Source: Utricularia gibba (taxonomy: Eukaryota; Plantae; Magnoliophyta). From it: DNA of 64,000 nt. The notes under the pieces were generated by a model. It was not told the DNA's origin. It ran no database searches and was given only the letters and a program-made list of their open reading frames with translations. The DNA is taken from contig CM007991.1 of NCBI GenBank assembly GCA_002189035.1, positions 3,162,001 to 3,226,000 on the forward strand, given 5' to 3'. The position numbers were made by a program, and so were the translations under genes. Shown piece by piece: positions 1-13,353 of the stretch (position 1 is the first letter of the stretch; each line of letters begins with the position of its first letter).

Positions 1-22
1 AATCTGCAGGCCTGTCTACTGT

Positions 23-660
23 CTAAGTTTTATCGCGCCAGTGATACCATGCTTCTAGACCTGAAGCAAAGACAGAATCAGATTAATCAGAGGGATGTAA
101 CCGAAAACTTAGCATGCCAACTGACCAAGCCATGCTGAAAAGGTTACCAATCCATAAACTGATGTTCGTCACACCCCTACAAATTTGGTTTCCTACTGAT
201 TTTTCCTTTTTCGATTCGGAGAACATACGACGGCAACACGGAAATGTAATAGTACTAACCAAGTTCGCTGTAAAAGCCACCAATTCCGAATAACTCCTCC
301 CGGAAGCAGGCCTCTTGCGAATATCGCCAACATGGTACTGATTCAGCCGAACCATTCAAGCCAAGAATAAATTCTCATAATCGCGTTGCCAGTCAAGATC
401 ACCTTTCGTCCGCGGGCAAAACTCTTCCAGTTGAGAGTGGAGTGTAGCCAGCTGTTCTTCAGACGGGTAAGCAATTTCGGCACATTCGCACCAGTCACCC
501 GAAATCGATTCTTTGATCGCCAATAACTGCCATCTGCAAACAAAATTAATGTCCTTTCATAGATGAACAACCCTCGACGCCGGCACATTCCACAGTCCCC
601 GGCTTCCGCCTCATTCCGGAAGAATTCTCGTTTCCTCCAATCGGAACAAGACCACTCCAA
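23..660 (-). CDS. Tentative small spliced gene of unknown function; needs at least one frameshift correction
   Basis: Canonical 199-nt intron (GT at 259-258, tttgcttcAG at 62-61) joins ...EELFGIGGFYSEL to GLEAWYHWRDKT* (stop 23-25). Site II promoter motifs lie just upstream at 730-790. No continuous upstream frame and no family recognised. Confidence 0.3.
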
Positions 661-727
661 AATTTCTCAAACAAAGCATCAAAAACACCAATCTGATCCC
701 ATGATCGTCAAATTGGAATATATCCGG

Positions 728-792
728 GCTGGCCCAACAGGCCCAATTATGTTTATTTAGACCATCCATTTTAGTGGCACAATAGGCCCACA
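728..792. promoter_or_regulatory. Site II (GGCCCA) element cluster
   Basis: GGCCCA at 731-736, 740-745 and 785-790; typical of TCP-bound housekeeping promoters. Confidence 0.5.
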
Positions 793-1004
793 ATCACCTG
801 ATATTATTATTATTTTTATTATATTCCGATAATGTTTATTCAAGGGTGCTATAAACATGAATCCCAAAAATCACCAACTACACGAGTCACTCAAGCGCCA
901 ATCCTCCTCGATACGAGCCTCTGCTGCTCCCTTATTTCTCTACAGATTCAGATTGAGCTGCTCCTCCGGCGCTTCTTCCTCAGTCGCCGCCGCTCGCTCC
1001 ATCC

Positions 1005-2803
1005 TCACTGTTTCGCCTGCGTAAGACAAAGCAATCCTCAGAATCAAATCACTTTTTTAGGAGGGAGCATCATGGTGATCAAGATCTTCACAGGTGCTTT
1101 CCTGTTCTGAGGATGGAAATCAGAAAAAGGTTGTCTTTACGAAAGGTTCCGGGAGCCTTTGAATGGATTACCTGAGAATAGAGGAAAGTTCCCAGGACGG
1201 CAATGGCTGCTCCGAGAGCATTGATGGGCTGCACCGGAGTTTGGAAGATGATGATGGAGGAGACGATGACGGAGATGCGTTTCATGGTGTTGCCGATGCT
1301 GAATGTCAATGGAGAAATCTCATCCAGAGACATGTAGGAAACCTGGTTGTATAGATGGTAGAAAACACTCTGTGCAGCCATCCACCTGCCCAGCAATACC
1401 AACCACACGAAGTGGATAATGAGGAGGACTCAAGACAAATATGGATCACAAGCACACAGTCCCACATTCTTAAATCTCAAGCTGTCTGAATCAAGGAATC
1501 ATGGAAAAACAAAAGGGATTTAATTTATATAGTGAATCAAGTTTCTATCACAGGACTAGTCATCATAACAGGACAGAGAAATACATGAGGAGTTAATGAA
1601 GTCAACGATCAGCAAAGTGTTTGAAAGGATTCAGCTTCTTCAGAGTCAAAGGTGAATCACTGATAAACAAGAAAATTTTACCAGCCGAGTTGAGGTCCAA
1701 TTTGACTCAGAGCTTCTCTGAAACCAGCAGTCCACATCTGCGGGCCCTCAACAGCAATGGCAAAGGGGGTGAGAATGAGGAGAGACATAATGGATAAGCA
1801 AGCATAGTAGTTCATTCCACTCAAAGAATTTCCCTTCATCCCTTTCTTGGAGAATATATTTCGAAAGACAAAGGCCAAGTTTGAGATCATGGCGCCCATG
1901 AACCCTGAAATCATATACAACAATGTTTAAAAAACACATGAGTATGCTCTCCGTTGGATAAAGGGGTGCCAAAGTTACCAATCATGTTGAAGTTGAGCTC
2001 GGTGAGGGCAGCAAGACCACAGCCGCCGATAATGGGGACGAGAGACCAGTAAACTGATGATGGGAATGTCTCTCCAAGGAGGAACGTGGATACAAGAACA
2101 CTGAAAGCAGGTTCCCCACTCTTGATTATGTGAGTGAATGAAACCGCCACCTTTGACATACTAACAGTTGCAGCTACATGCCCAATTGTATGCACTATGG
2201 CAACCTAACAGGAAACAGAATAAAAAAATAGAAAAGGGAAACATGTAGGGTATCTCAAAAAAGTAATTGCCAGAAGAGTGAGTTTCAAAAGGCGTACTGG
2301 GAGGAGGGATTTCCAGAAATCAAGATCGGTTTTGGGGGCTTCGGCGATTCGCAGAGCCCAGGAAATTAACATAATGAGAGAACCGGCGGCCAACGAGAGC
2401 GTCGAAGTCAGCCATGGAAAGGGGTACGCATTAAGCACTTTTTTGTTGTAGATATTGAAGATCACATTCAAACCCACCACGTAGCGAAGTAAACTCCGAT
2501 CTTGACTTTCCTTGCCGCCTCCGATCGCTGAGCAGTCGTCACCCGCGCGGATTCACCGATGGGCTCCGATCGGTCGGCTTCATAAGCCTTGCACTTGATG
2601 ACGTCTCGGTCACCACCCGTGAAGGACTCGGCTTTCGATACAAACAAAGGCTTCGAGAGTCTAACGAGAGACTGCCGGTGATCCTCGGCAGCGGCTAATG
2701 TGGGCAGCGCCAAAGACCGCCCCACCGCGAATCTCCTACTCTGCACAAGAAAATCCGACCCATAGACTGGAAATTTTGTGGGTTGCTGGAGTGACGACAG
2801 CAT
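1005..2803 (-). CDS. GPT1: Plastid glucose-6-phosphate/phosphate translocator, GPT1-type; 1-nt frameshift near 2473
   Basis: Exons 2803-2298, 2204-1979, 1904-1682, 1385-1172, 1016-1005, all GT-AG. Motifs AYEADRSEP, KIGVYFATWW, NIYNKKVLNAYPFPWLTS, HTIGHVAATVSMSKVAVSFTHIIKSGEPAF, QVSYMSLDEISPLTFSIGNTMKR, C-terminal AKQ*. N-terminal transit peptide. Confidence 0.95.
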
Positions 2804-3449
2804 GGTGCAACCCAACACGCTACAACTGGAAAACAACTCGATCCCACAACAGGGTTGATGGACACCTAGAAGGAGACGCCGAATATTCTCAGAACTCCCG
2901 TAAAAAATGTGGTGGGTTAAACCGTGGCTTCTGGAAGCGTTAAAGGCCCAAAACCAGACTTCCTTCAAGACGTCTATAAACACTCAACCCAATAATTGTG
3001 AAAAATCCCACTAGAAACAACAGAAACAGAGGAATCCGATCAGGAAACACGTGGCTGTTCCGCTCCCTGCCTCGGCTCTTCTTCCCCCATAAAGCTCCTC
3101 ACGGGCGGCAGTGCGGGTAGGTGAACCAATCTTTTGTTTGGTTGATTCATGAAGTATCTCACGAGATCCTCATTATTTTCCATAAATATTCAATGAACAA
3201 AAATTATTTTTGACCGAATTTCGAATTTCATGACATAAATATATTTTAATTACTTGTATGAATGTCATTTCCACGTGTATTTTATATTTTTTTCATTATT
3301 TCTTGAAAAAAAGGAAAAAAAAAAGAATGTACAACTCTTCATTGGAAAGGTACAACACAATGCGCAAGCGTGGCCAGACAGCGACCTTATTCACAATTTA
3401 TCAAATAAATAAAAAAAAAAAGAAAGAATTGTTTCCCGGGTACATGCGG

Positions 3450-4219
3450 TCACATGAGCCAAGAAGCAACGAGAATCCCTAAAATTCCACCGATGCTGGC
3501 GATGGTTGAAGAAGCTGCATTGTGATATTGTGGGTGGGAAGGTGCAGGAGCCGCCGGAGGATTAGCCTCTGGCGGCGGTGGGGGAGGGGAGTATGTGGTT
3601 GCGGCGGGGGCAGGGGAAGATGGAGGCACAGCGCCAGCTGCCGGACCTGGAGCGGGAGCGGGAGGTGAAGTTGGGGGTGGGGTCGCCGCGGGGTATCTCC
3701 TGCTTCTGTCAGCCAATACAACGACGACCAGTTTCTCATTGTTGAGGCAGTTTTGTGAGTCTCCACTGATGAAATAGTGAGGCCCTGATTGATTGAATTG
3801 GAATACGGTGTGCCCGTCTGTGAATCTCTGAATAGGTGATGCTGTGTTGCAGGTAGTGTAATCATCTCTGGTTACTTGTAGCACCGAGTCTTGATTAGCA
3901 GCATATACAAACACTGCATCAATAAAGATAGTTAAAGCCCTGTTCTTGTTCATTATGTCTGTTGATCACCACTATACCAGATTGAAAGGAGACTATGAAA
4001 CTATGGCTTACAGAGGGAATCCCCGATTTGGAATCGATTGTGTTCAGCCCAATGATTGTAAAATGCAGCGTCAGTTGGAACTTCCCAGCTAGCTCTTGGA
4101 CCCCCAACTGTGAACTGAAATCCATCAGCATTGTGAACCAGCAGAAAGGTGATGACTGCAAGACAGAAGATCCCTGAAACTCGATCACTTCTCTTCGAGA
4201 AAAAAGTTTTCTGAGCCAT
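3450..4219 (-). CDS. Early nodulin-like (phytocyanin/arabinogalactan) protein, GPI-anchored
   Basis: Exons 4219-4012 and 3913-3450. Signal peptide, FTVGG..W..YNHWAEHNRFQIGDSL, DSVLQV..DY..C, GPHYFISG...C...EKL..VV, Pro/Ala-rich linker and hydrophobic tail. Confidence 0.93.
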
Positions 4220-4518
4220 TGGAGGGACTCAAGAGAAGAGAGTGATCAGCTGGTGATGAAATGGAATGAGACTTGAGGGTATTTGTAGGTGAGAACTAGG
4301 AGAACCATATGAGTTGTTGTGGGTCTCTCTTGTTGTTTTCTTGAGTTTCTTGGCATTTGGTGCAAGGGATTGAACATCTGGCATGTGTTGCTTTGATGCT
4401 TTGCTTCATGTTTATCAACTGGTCAAGAATCTTCATGTCTTGCATTTTGGGAAATGGCATCTTTATCTTGAACATGGTGTACAGTGAAAGGGAAAAAAAA
4501 AACTTCCCTTTTTGTAAA

Positions 4519-4576
4519 CGGGCCTTTATTGGGCCATTGGTCAAAAAGATAATGGGCCACTTTGGCCCATTGGCCA
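4519..4576. promoter_or_regulatory. Site II cluster in the divergent ENODL/RabGAP intergenic region
   Basis: TGGGCC twice and GGCCCA once within about 55 bp. Confidence 0.45.
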
Positions 4577-5067
4577 GAAAGTCTAATCCACAATACAATC
4601 TACAAGCGCGTGTCCCCAAACTGCATTCCCTGTATTCGAGAGACCCGCGCGAATCAAGATGCGCGGACATTGATTCCCGCGACACCCCGCCATTTTAGGT
4701 GCTTGTTGAGCAGCTTATATTCAATTAACCGTCGGGACAACCAGGAGGAATTGAAGACTTCATCAGCATTTGAGCAGGAAGCCGTTCGTGGAACTGGTAT
4801 CTGGGCGGAGCTTAACATTTGCAGAAACACATCGGCCTGTGTTTCCGCTCGCGAACAAAATCGAAGACGCCCATAAGATTCATCTCCTCAACCCCTTTTC
4901 CCTCCTTAGTGTTCATATAGACTGACTTCCGGATAATTTCATCCCGAATTTGAGCTGCATGCCTGGATATAGTTCATTTTCTTGATCCGTCGGCTTGGGC
5001 ATTCTACATTTTAGCGTTTCTGATAAAGAATTCAGAGCCTTTTTTGTTGCTCTGTTGATCTGTTGAA

Positions 5068-8000
5068 ATGATGATGTGGAGAGACCCCGGGACGCCAGCA
5101 GATTCGTATTATGAAGTGCGGCCTGAATGTACCGATGTTGCGCCGAGCAAATTTCGGATCAAGGTTGGTTCTATCTGGTTTTTGAACAGGTATTTTCATT
5201 CAAAAAGTGGCTACATTCCTGTTGTTCCTGTTAGAATAAAGAGTTTTTCCAAATGTAGTTTTCTTTTTATAATAAACAAATGATGAGCAGATACCAATAC
5301 CATTCTGTTAGATGGTTTTACATTATTGATTGGATTCAAAGAACTCCTATGAACATAAACCTAGTGTCCATTTGGAAGAGACACAAAAGCCATGACTCAT
5401 GCTGTGAAGCATGTGAGAAGCTAGGTAGTTGAATTGGCCATGAGTTATTTGATTCGTTAAGTTTGTCACGGCTTCAGCGACCCTTTTTCAAATATGGTGT
5501 TGGTTACGCTTTCTCCAAGTTCTCCTTCCCGCGTCTCTAAATTTATGTTAGTGTTTTTTGCCTTTTTGAACCAGGCTGGGAAAACCTTAAGCGAGCGGAA
5601 ATGGAAGTCTGCTTTCAGCACCGATGGTTATCTTGATATAGGGAAAACACTTAGCCGAATTCATCATGGCGTAAGTTGTTACATATTTTGCAGAATATGT
5701 TTTGCACACATTTCAATGAATTGGCAATAAAATGGAGCGCATTTTACCAATATTTCCCATTACGAACGAAAGCTTTTTGTTCTTGAAAAGCTTGTGAATG
5801 AACTTTTACCATTGAAATCAGGGTATTCATCCATCAATCAGAGGTGAAGTTTGGGAGTTTTTGTTGGGTTGTTATGATCCAAAAAGTTCATACGAGGAGC
5901 GAGAGGACATACGGATATCTAGAAGGTGAGTGTATGTTGCAAATCATTACTGCTGTAATTAAGCTTGGTCATGAGGACGCACAGTTGACTTTCTGTAAAT
6001 TTTTTTTTCTTCTTCAAAGCCTCTGAAATTCCTTGTGTGCAATTTCAGATCAAAGTATTCAGCATTGAAAGAATTGTGTAAGCATATGTTTCCATTGGTT
6101 GGAAGTGGGAGTTATATTACGGCACCAATTGTAAATGAAAATGGAGAACCTTCTCAGGATCCTATAGTGCTTGAGCAAATCAGTCGTGGTAAGAAAAACC
6201 CTCGTATCTTTGAATCAACAGCTTCCATGATGAATACACATCAATGGGGGTGCTATTACGCCTCAGTTCTCACAGCTTCAATTCCTATTTGCAGCTGCAG
6301 GTACTTCGAATCCTTCGCCCATTGCTGATAGTTCAATGGACAAGAAGGAAATTCAGTGGAAACAAATACTACATCAAATTGGTTGGTTCTTTGCTATGTT
6401 TTCTTTGATTCTACCCAAATGCAGAATGCCATTGAGCTTGTTGCTTTCATGATTTCACTTCTAACTTGGATTTTGATAGGTCTTGATGTTATCCGAACAG
6501 ACAGGACGCTTGTGTTTTATGAGAAACAAGAGAATCTGGCTAAACTTTGGGATATCCTATCCATATACGCCTGGTTTGATTCAGATGTAGGGTATTGCCA
6601 AGGTTAGTCATGTTCTTGGTTCCTCTGTAGCAGATTTTTCATTCATTCTATCTTACATATAAGACCTAAAGAAGGTTTCTTAGGCAGTAAAGAAAGAATT
6701 GTTTGTTGACATTGATGCACCCCTTGAACTTCTAATAATGTGCCATGGCTAAAGGCAAAGATGCATCGAGTTCATAGCACTAAACGTCAACGCTATGCAG
6801 TCATAGCTGTGAACTTTGTGCAGGTATGAGCGATCTCTGCTCCCCAATGCTAATTCTTTTTGACAATGAAGCTGATGCGTTTTGGTGCTTTGAACGCTTG
6901 ATGCGGAAATTGGTATGACATTCTGTTCTGGTTTCTTTGATAAAGTTCGTTTATATCCATCCTTGTTCTTACTGAGGAAGTTTTTGTGACGCACCTTTCA
7001 CATTCAGAGCTTCATATGCTTTTTGTTTTCTTTTTTCGTGCAATTTGCTCTAAAGAGAGTAAACTTCAGAGGCACGGAGAGGACTGTAGGCGTTGAGGTA
7101 CAGCTTGGGAGCCTCGCCTCAATAACACAAGTCATTGATCCTAAGCTCCATCAGCACTTAGGTGAATGACTGTCTCATTATTCTTCAGCTATTCACAGTG
7201 CCTTGTGAATAGCTGCTTTATTCTTTCCTTCAATGGAACCACTCATATGACACTTGAGAAGGAAGTTTGAGAAAGATAAATATTCCCACATGAAAAAAAA
7301 AAAAATGTACCATGCTTTATTTTCTCCACACGTTCTAAATACTTGGGCTGTCTCTAAGACATTTTTCCCTCAGAAACACTTGGAGGAGGGGATTACCTTT
7401 TTGCCGTCCGGATGCTAATGGTTTTATTTCGTCGAGAATTCTCTTTTGCTGACTCCTTGTACCTGTGGGAGGTACTTCTCCTCCCATTTAAGAATTTTGC
7501 AAATATATGTGAGCGTTTGGTTCTGATAGATTGCTGTTTCTTTTTCTTGCCTACCTAATGCTGTATGTCTCAAAAGATGATGTGGGCACTCGAATACGAC
7601 CCGGAATTATACTCGGTGTATGAAGGGAAGGATTCAGATTCTGAAAGATCTGAGGATCGTAAAACTAAACCCAAGTCCATGCATCAGTGTGGGAAGTTTG
7701 AAAGAGAAAACATGAGAAATGGGGGAAGCCAAAATGCGCCTCTCCCTATTTCTGTTTTCCTTGTAGCCAGTGTTCTCAAGGACAAGAGCACAAAGCTCAT
7801 CACTGAAGCACGCGGATTAGATGATGTTGTCAAGGTTCGTTCTACTTTGCAAAATCTTTCCATGTTAGAATCTTTGTATTCATTTAGGTTGTTTATCTAG
7901 TTTGATTTTGCGGTACTTTCATCTTGTAATCCTTTCAGATACTAAATGACATGACTGGAAACATTGATGCTAGAAAAGCTTGCACGGGTGCTATTAAGCT

Positions 8001-8146
8001 ACACAAGAAGTATCTGAAAAAGGTGATTTCTTTGCTCTTTTAAACATATTTCATCTCCCAGTCTGCTACTGAGCATCGTTTCTTTGACTACTGCTACATT
8101 CTTACAGGCCAAAAATTCTCAGGTCACCAAAGTTCAGCCAATGTGA
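5068..8146 (+). CDS. TBC-domain Rab GTPase-activating protein (GYP7/TBC1D15-like)
   Basis: Spliced in frame: MMMWRDPGTPADSYYEVRPECTDV, GKTLSERKW, GIHPSIRGEVWEFLLGCY, IGLDVIRTDR (IxxDxxR finger), GYCQGMSDL (Q finger), FWCFERLMR, MMWALEYDP; stop TGA at 8144-8146. Confidence 0.95.
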
Positions 8147-8597
8147 TAATATGTTGCCATAGGAGCTCAAGAACACTAACCCTAACTCAGGAAAATCCAC
8201 ACCACGTGTATAGCGAGGAAACTAATTTGCTGTGTTCTGTAACATTTTTAACTCAGGGGATGGTATACAGAGGATGTTTCCGTAGTTCTTTGAGGTGTAA
8301 AAGCATGGAATGTTGTATGAAAGATGTAAACATATGGAATAACAACAGGACTTGATGTATTAGCCAGCAAGGTAATAAACAGAAGTTTTATTTCATTGAA
8401 ATCAACAGTGTACTTATTAACCACAACCATGGCAGCAATGAAAAACTCGGTCAACAGAAAACATTAAACGCACAGAACGAGTAAAGCAGACAATATAAGA
8501 TAGACTGGAACACACGACTTTCAAGTTACTTCATGGAGATGGAGGATAAGTAGCATGGAATTTTGAGTGAAACGAATATGGAGCTGAATATCAAGCC

Positions 8598-9196
8598 TCA
8601 GAAACCATGGATCTTAATATTCTCCTTCTTCACGATTCCGGCCTGTTTACAAAAGTAGCAGATTAGCCACCGGCAGCAGATTGAGGGGAAACGAGAACTT
8701 GGATAAAAAGTAAGCACCTGAACAAGAAATGAAGAAACGTTCTTCCTCTGATCACCTTGGAGTTGGATAACCTTGATTTCGTGGAAGAGGCAATGAGATA
8801 TGTTTCACCCCCTTAATAAGGAATCAGTAAGAAAAACAATAAAGAACATTACCAACCTGGCCTAGTTCAGGATCCTGAACAACAGTTCCATTGCAGCAAA
8901 ATTCTTTTTTCAGATCCTTCAAGATCTTGTTGTAGCTGAACTCCTTCTTCAAACCTTGCACAGTCGTCAGGCTTTTGCGACCATTCCGCTGCTGCACACG
9001 AATATGAATGTAGTCTTTTGTCCCAGCCCCAGAGTTATCAGCATTTGCATCAGCAAAAGGATCTACCAGCAAATGATACAACTTTGTCAATGAAAAACCA
9101 GCAGACAAAACCCAAGTTCAATACAACCGTGCAGATGACGTGTAGAAAGGAATACATACCAAAGCTAGCAGGGACCTCTATGTCAAGCTCAGACAT
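8598..9196 (-). CDS. eIF1: Translation initiation factor eIF1 (SUI1)
   Basis: Exons 9196-9160, 9062-8857, 8771-8718, 8642-8598 give MSELDIEVPASFDPFADA...HIRVQQRNGRKSLTTVQGL...CCNGTVVQDPELGQVIQLQGDQR...IKIHGF*. Confidence 0.97.
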
Positions 9197-9783
9197 GAAA
9201 GGAAATTATTGCAGCGAAACAGACGATTCTCCTTCAAATAGTCCTGACGACTGAGGAAACAACCACAAACCAAATATCAACCGAAATATCAACACCAACC
9301 CCCTTTCACATAAAGCATAAGGCGACCCCAGATCTGAGAGCAATCCGAAAAAAAATACAGAAACCTAGAGGCACGCATAACCCAAAAGAAGAATCATGAG
9401 AAGGGCTTGTCAGCCTGCAAAAGAAACGGCTCATATGCTGAAGATCCCTTCCACGTTAACAGAGAATTCGATTTTTCTCCGGTTAACTAGCGAATCAAAA
9501 CCAAAAATTTTGTATAAAAACCGACCTACGTTAACTAGCAGGGAAAGTATAAAAAATACAACGAGAAATAGATCCAGACAGACAAAAAACTGTAACGAGC
9601 CCAGGAACCCGAGCTACCTTTGAGAGAGAAGCAGCAGCGCCGGTAACGAAGATGAAAGGAAAACGACGACGGCTCAAGGATAGACCGACAGAAACAAGCG
9701 TGTTCGGAAACCTTCTGAATCGTCGCCGTGTATAAAACGAAATATCCAGATCGTCGTGGCGTGGCGTATGGAGAATTAAAATC

Positions 9784-9833
9784 GGCCCATCCATCATCGG
9801 CCCATATCTGTGTCCACTCCCCAAGTCGGCCCA
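9784..9833. promoter_or_regulatory. Site II elements upstream of eIF1
   Basis: GGCCCA at 9784-9789, 9799-9804 and 9828-9833; common in promoters of translation genes. Confidence 0.55.
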
Positions 9834-10128
9834 TAATGCATTTTTCCCAATTTGCCCCCATACTATGTATCTTGTATATTATAAACAACATCCTCGTTAT
9901 CTTTTTTAATTCTATTTTTTCTTCAATACATTTTTTCCCCAAATCTAATATTCCAAAGCATTTTCATTTTTTCCCTTTTTTAAAAGTAAAAATTGATTTA
10001 AAAAATTTTACAGAACAAGTGTCATCATTACTTTGTAATCAGCCCCCACTTTGACACAGACATTATGCTACCCCCACTTTTGGAAACTAAAAATGCATTG
10101 AGTGAGGCGACTAGCAGCAGCATGGGAT

Positions 10129-11322
<1,194 letters not shown>

Positions 11323-11390
11323 CTTTCACGCTGAGAAAAGAAAACACGTATTCCAAGATCAGAATGTTGCTTTTTGCGGGAGAGGCCAGG

Positions 11391-11564
11391 CTTTATATAG
11401 AGGAAGACACCGACTCGAGACGGCAAGAATAGCCAAAATTACCAGTCAATGAATGTAGCCCACGTGTCCAAACGCAAATTCAACACGCCAAGAGAAAAGC
11501 CTTCCAACTTCCAGAGGCGGTCTGATTATTCTAGATCCATAACAGAACGCGTGGCATTCACGTG
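11391..11564 (-). promoter_or_regulatory. Polyubiquitin core promoter: TATA box and two G-boxes
   Basis: CTATATAAAG on the minus strand at 11391-11400; CACGTG at 11461-11466 and 11559-11564. Confidence 0.7.
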
Positions 11565-11658
11565 GCGTCTAATTGTTTTGAGCACCCGACCCGGTTGTAC
11601 GGGTACGCTTTCCAGGGTAAGGCGTCTCGGTCCGAATGGTTCCCTTCCTCCGATCGCC

Positions 11659-13105
11659 ATGCCGATCGTCACGGCGGCGAAAATCCCTGTCTTGCGTTTC
11701 GCAGCCAGGGCCGCCGTCAGAGGCTTCAGAGGATTCGCTTCACGCGCCTCCTCTGTAGGAGAGGGCTCCAAGGAAAAGGAAGACAACGTCTCTTCTGCAC
11801 CTCACCCCTTGGATGCTTCCGTAAAGGAGTATTTATCTAAAATCATACTCGAAATGCCATGGAATTACGCTGCCCCTGCTTCCAGAGAAGCCATCAACAA
11901 GCCGCCGCAGCCTTCGGCGGCTAGTTTTATAAAACCTACCATCGACCACGATTCTGGTACTGGAAAGTAGCTGCATGTATGCCCATTTGGAAAAGACTTC
12001 TTTTGTTTCTTTTGAATTTGATATTTTGATTTACATTGTTTCCTGCTAAGTATCTAGATATGTTTCTTGGTGATGCTACATTTTCGATATTTTCAGACCA
12101 CTCATGTAGTTTTTTGACATTGCATTAGATGAAGATGGTGACTTGTTGGGCGGCATCTTGAAAGTTTCAAGGCTATCAAAAGTGTCAAATTGTGATCCTC
12201 CTATGCGAGGGCAAAGAATTGGCTTTGAGAAGAAAAGGAGGTACCTTAAGGGGCAAGAACAAAGGAGGGGTTCAAGGAAACATGCTGCTAGTGTAATTGG
12301 GCCAGATCCAATCACTTCTTCGACAAATACATGCTTAAAAAAAGCTAAGAGTTCACTTGATACGGGTCTGGCATTGGACCAGACTCATCAGACGTGTAAG
12401 ACTTTCAAAGTGATGAAAGAACGAGGTCTCAAAATTGATGAGGAAGTGTATGGGCAGCTCTTATTGTATCTGATTGACAATGAGATGGTTGATGAGTTTT
12501 TTTTAATCATTGAGGTTCTCAAAGATGACATTCTTCCTCGCTTGGCTTATTACAAAATGCTGCTGTGGACAACAGTAAACGATGAAACAAGAATTCAACT
12601 TTTCCATTTGGCTCTCTTGGGTGATTCTTCAGAAAGTTGTCGCATTAAAGGTAAATGCGGATAGATCTATCTTAGATATTGTACTTTCCCTTGTGTTTGT
12701 TGCAATATTTAGTGGCACTCCTAGCAGCTTCATGTGCATATTTCAACATGCCTCATTTACCCGTCAGCATAGCCCTGATTTTTTTGTGCAACTGTTTCAG
12801 AATCTTTGTTGCTGGCGTTGACTGAAACTGACCACAGAGAAAAAGTTCTGCTAGCACTGAAACAGTGTGGTTAGTATCTATTTCTTTGGATTTTAATTTG
12901 CAAACCTAGTCATCATGTATCAGGACACACAATTCTCTGAGGCCAGTCCTATGTTTGAACGGGGTATGTGTCACAGTTAGGCTTCTCCTCATGATTCAGT
13001 ACATTGTAAATTCCAATTCATTCTGCAGGTATTGGAGCTGAAAAGATCTCAAGTTTCATTGAAGAGCACGCTGCTCGCTTGTTTCCCAGATTTACTGTTG
13101 AGTAA
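11659..13105 (+). CDS. Divergent, C-terminally truncated PPR-like protein (At4g04790-type), with a predicted organellar transit peptide; may be a pseudogene
   Basis: Predicted exons 11659-11956, 12129-12650, 12801-12869, 13029-13105 give an open frame of about 321 aa. It contains MKERGLKIDEEVYGQLLLYLIDNEMVDEF, RLAYYKMLLW, ESLLLAL.E.D and IGAEKISSFI, matching the N-terminal part of that family as I recall it. Confidence 0.6.
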
Positions 13106-13353
13106 GTGAGCATGAATGATGCTAAATTGCCAATGAAGTATTTTGCTGATATAAGAGCTGCCTCTTCAAGATGAAGGGGTGCTCGACTTGTGTCACATCA
13201 TCCAGTGAAAGGGTACTCGTGTATTTAACTTCAAAGCACAATAGTTGTATGTTCATATGTATAGTATCTACACAAAAAAATGTTCTATGGTAAACATTCA
13301 CAACAGCATCCTTTTGATGGTTACACCCAATCTCCACAGCACATTTTCTTTGC

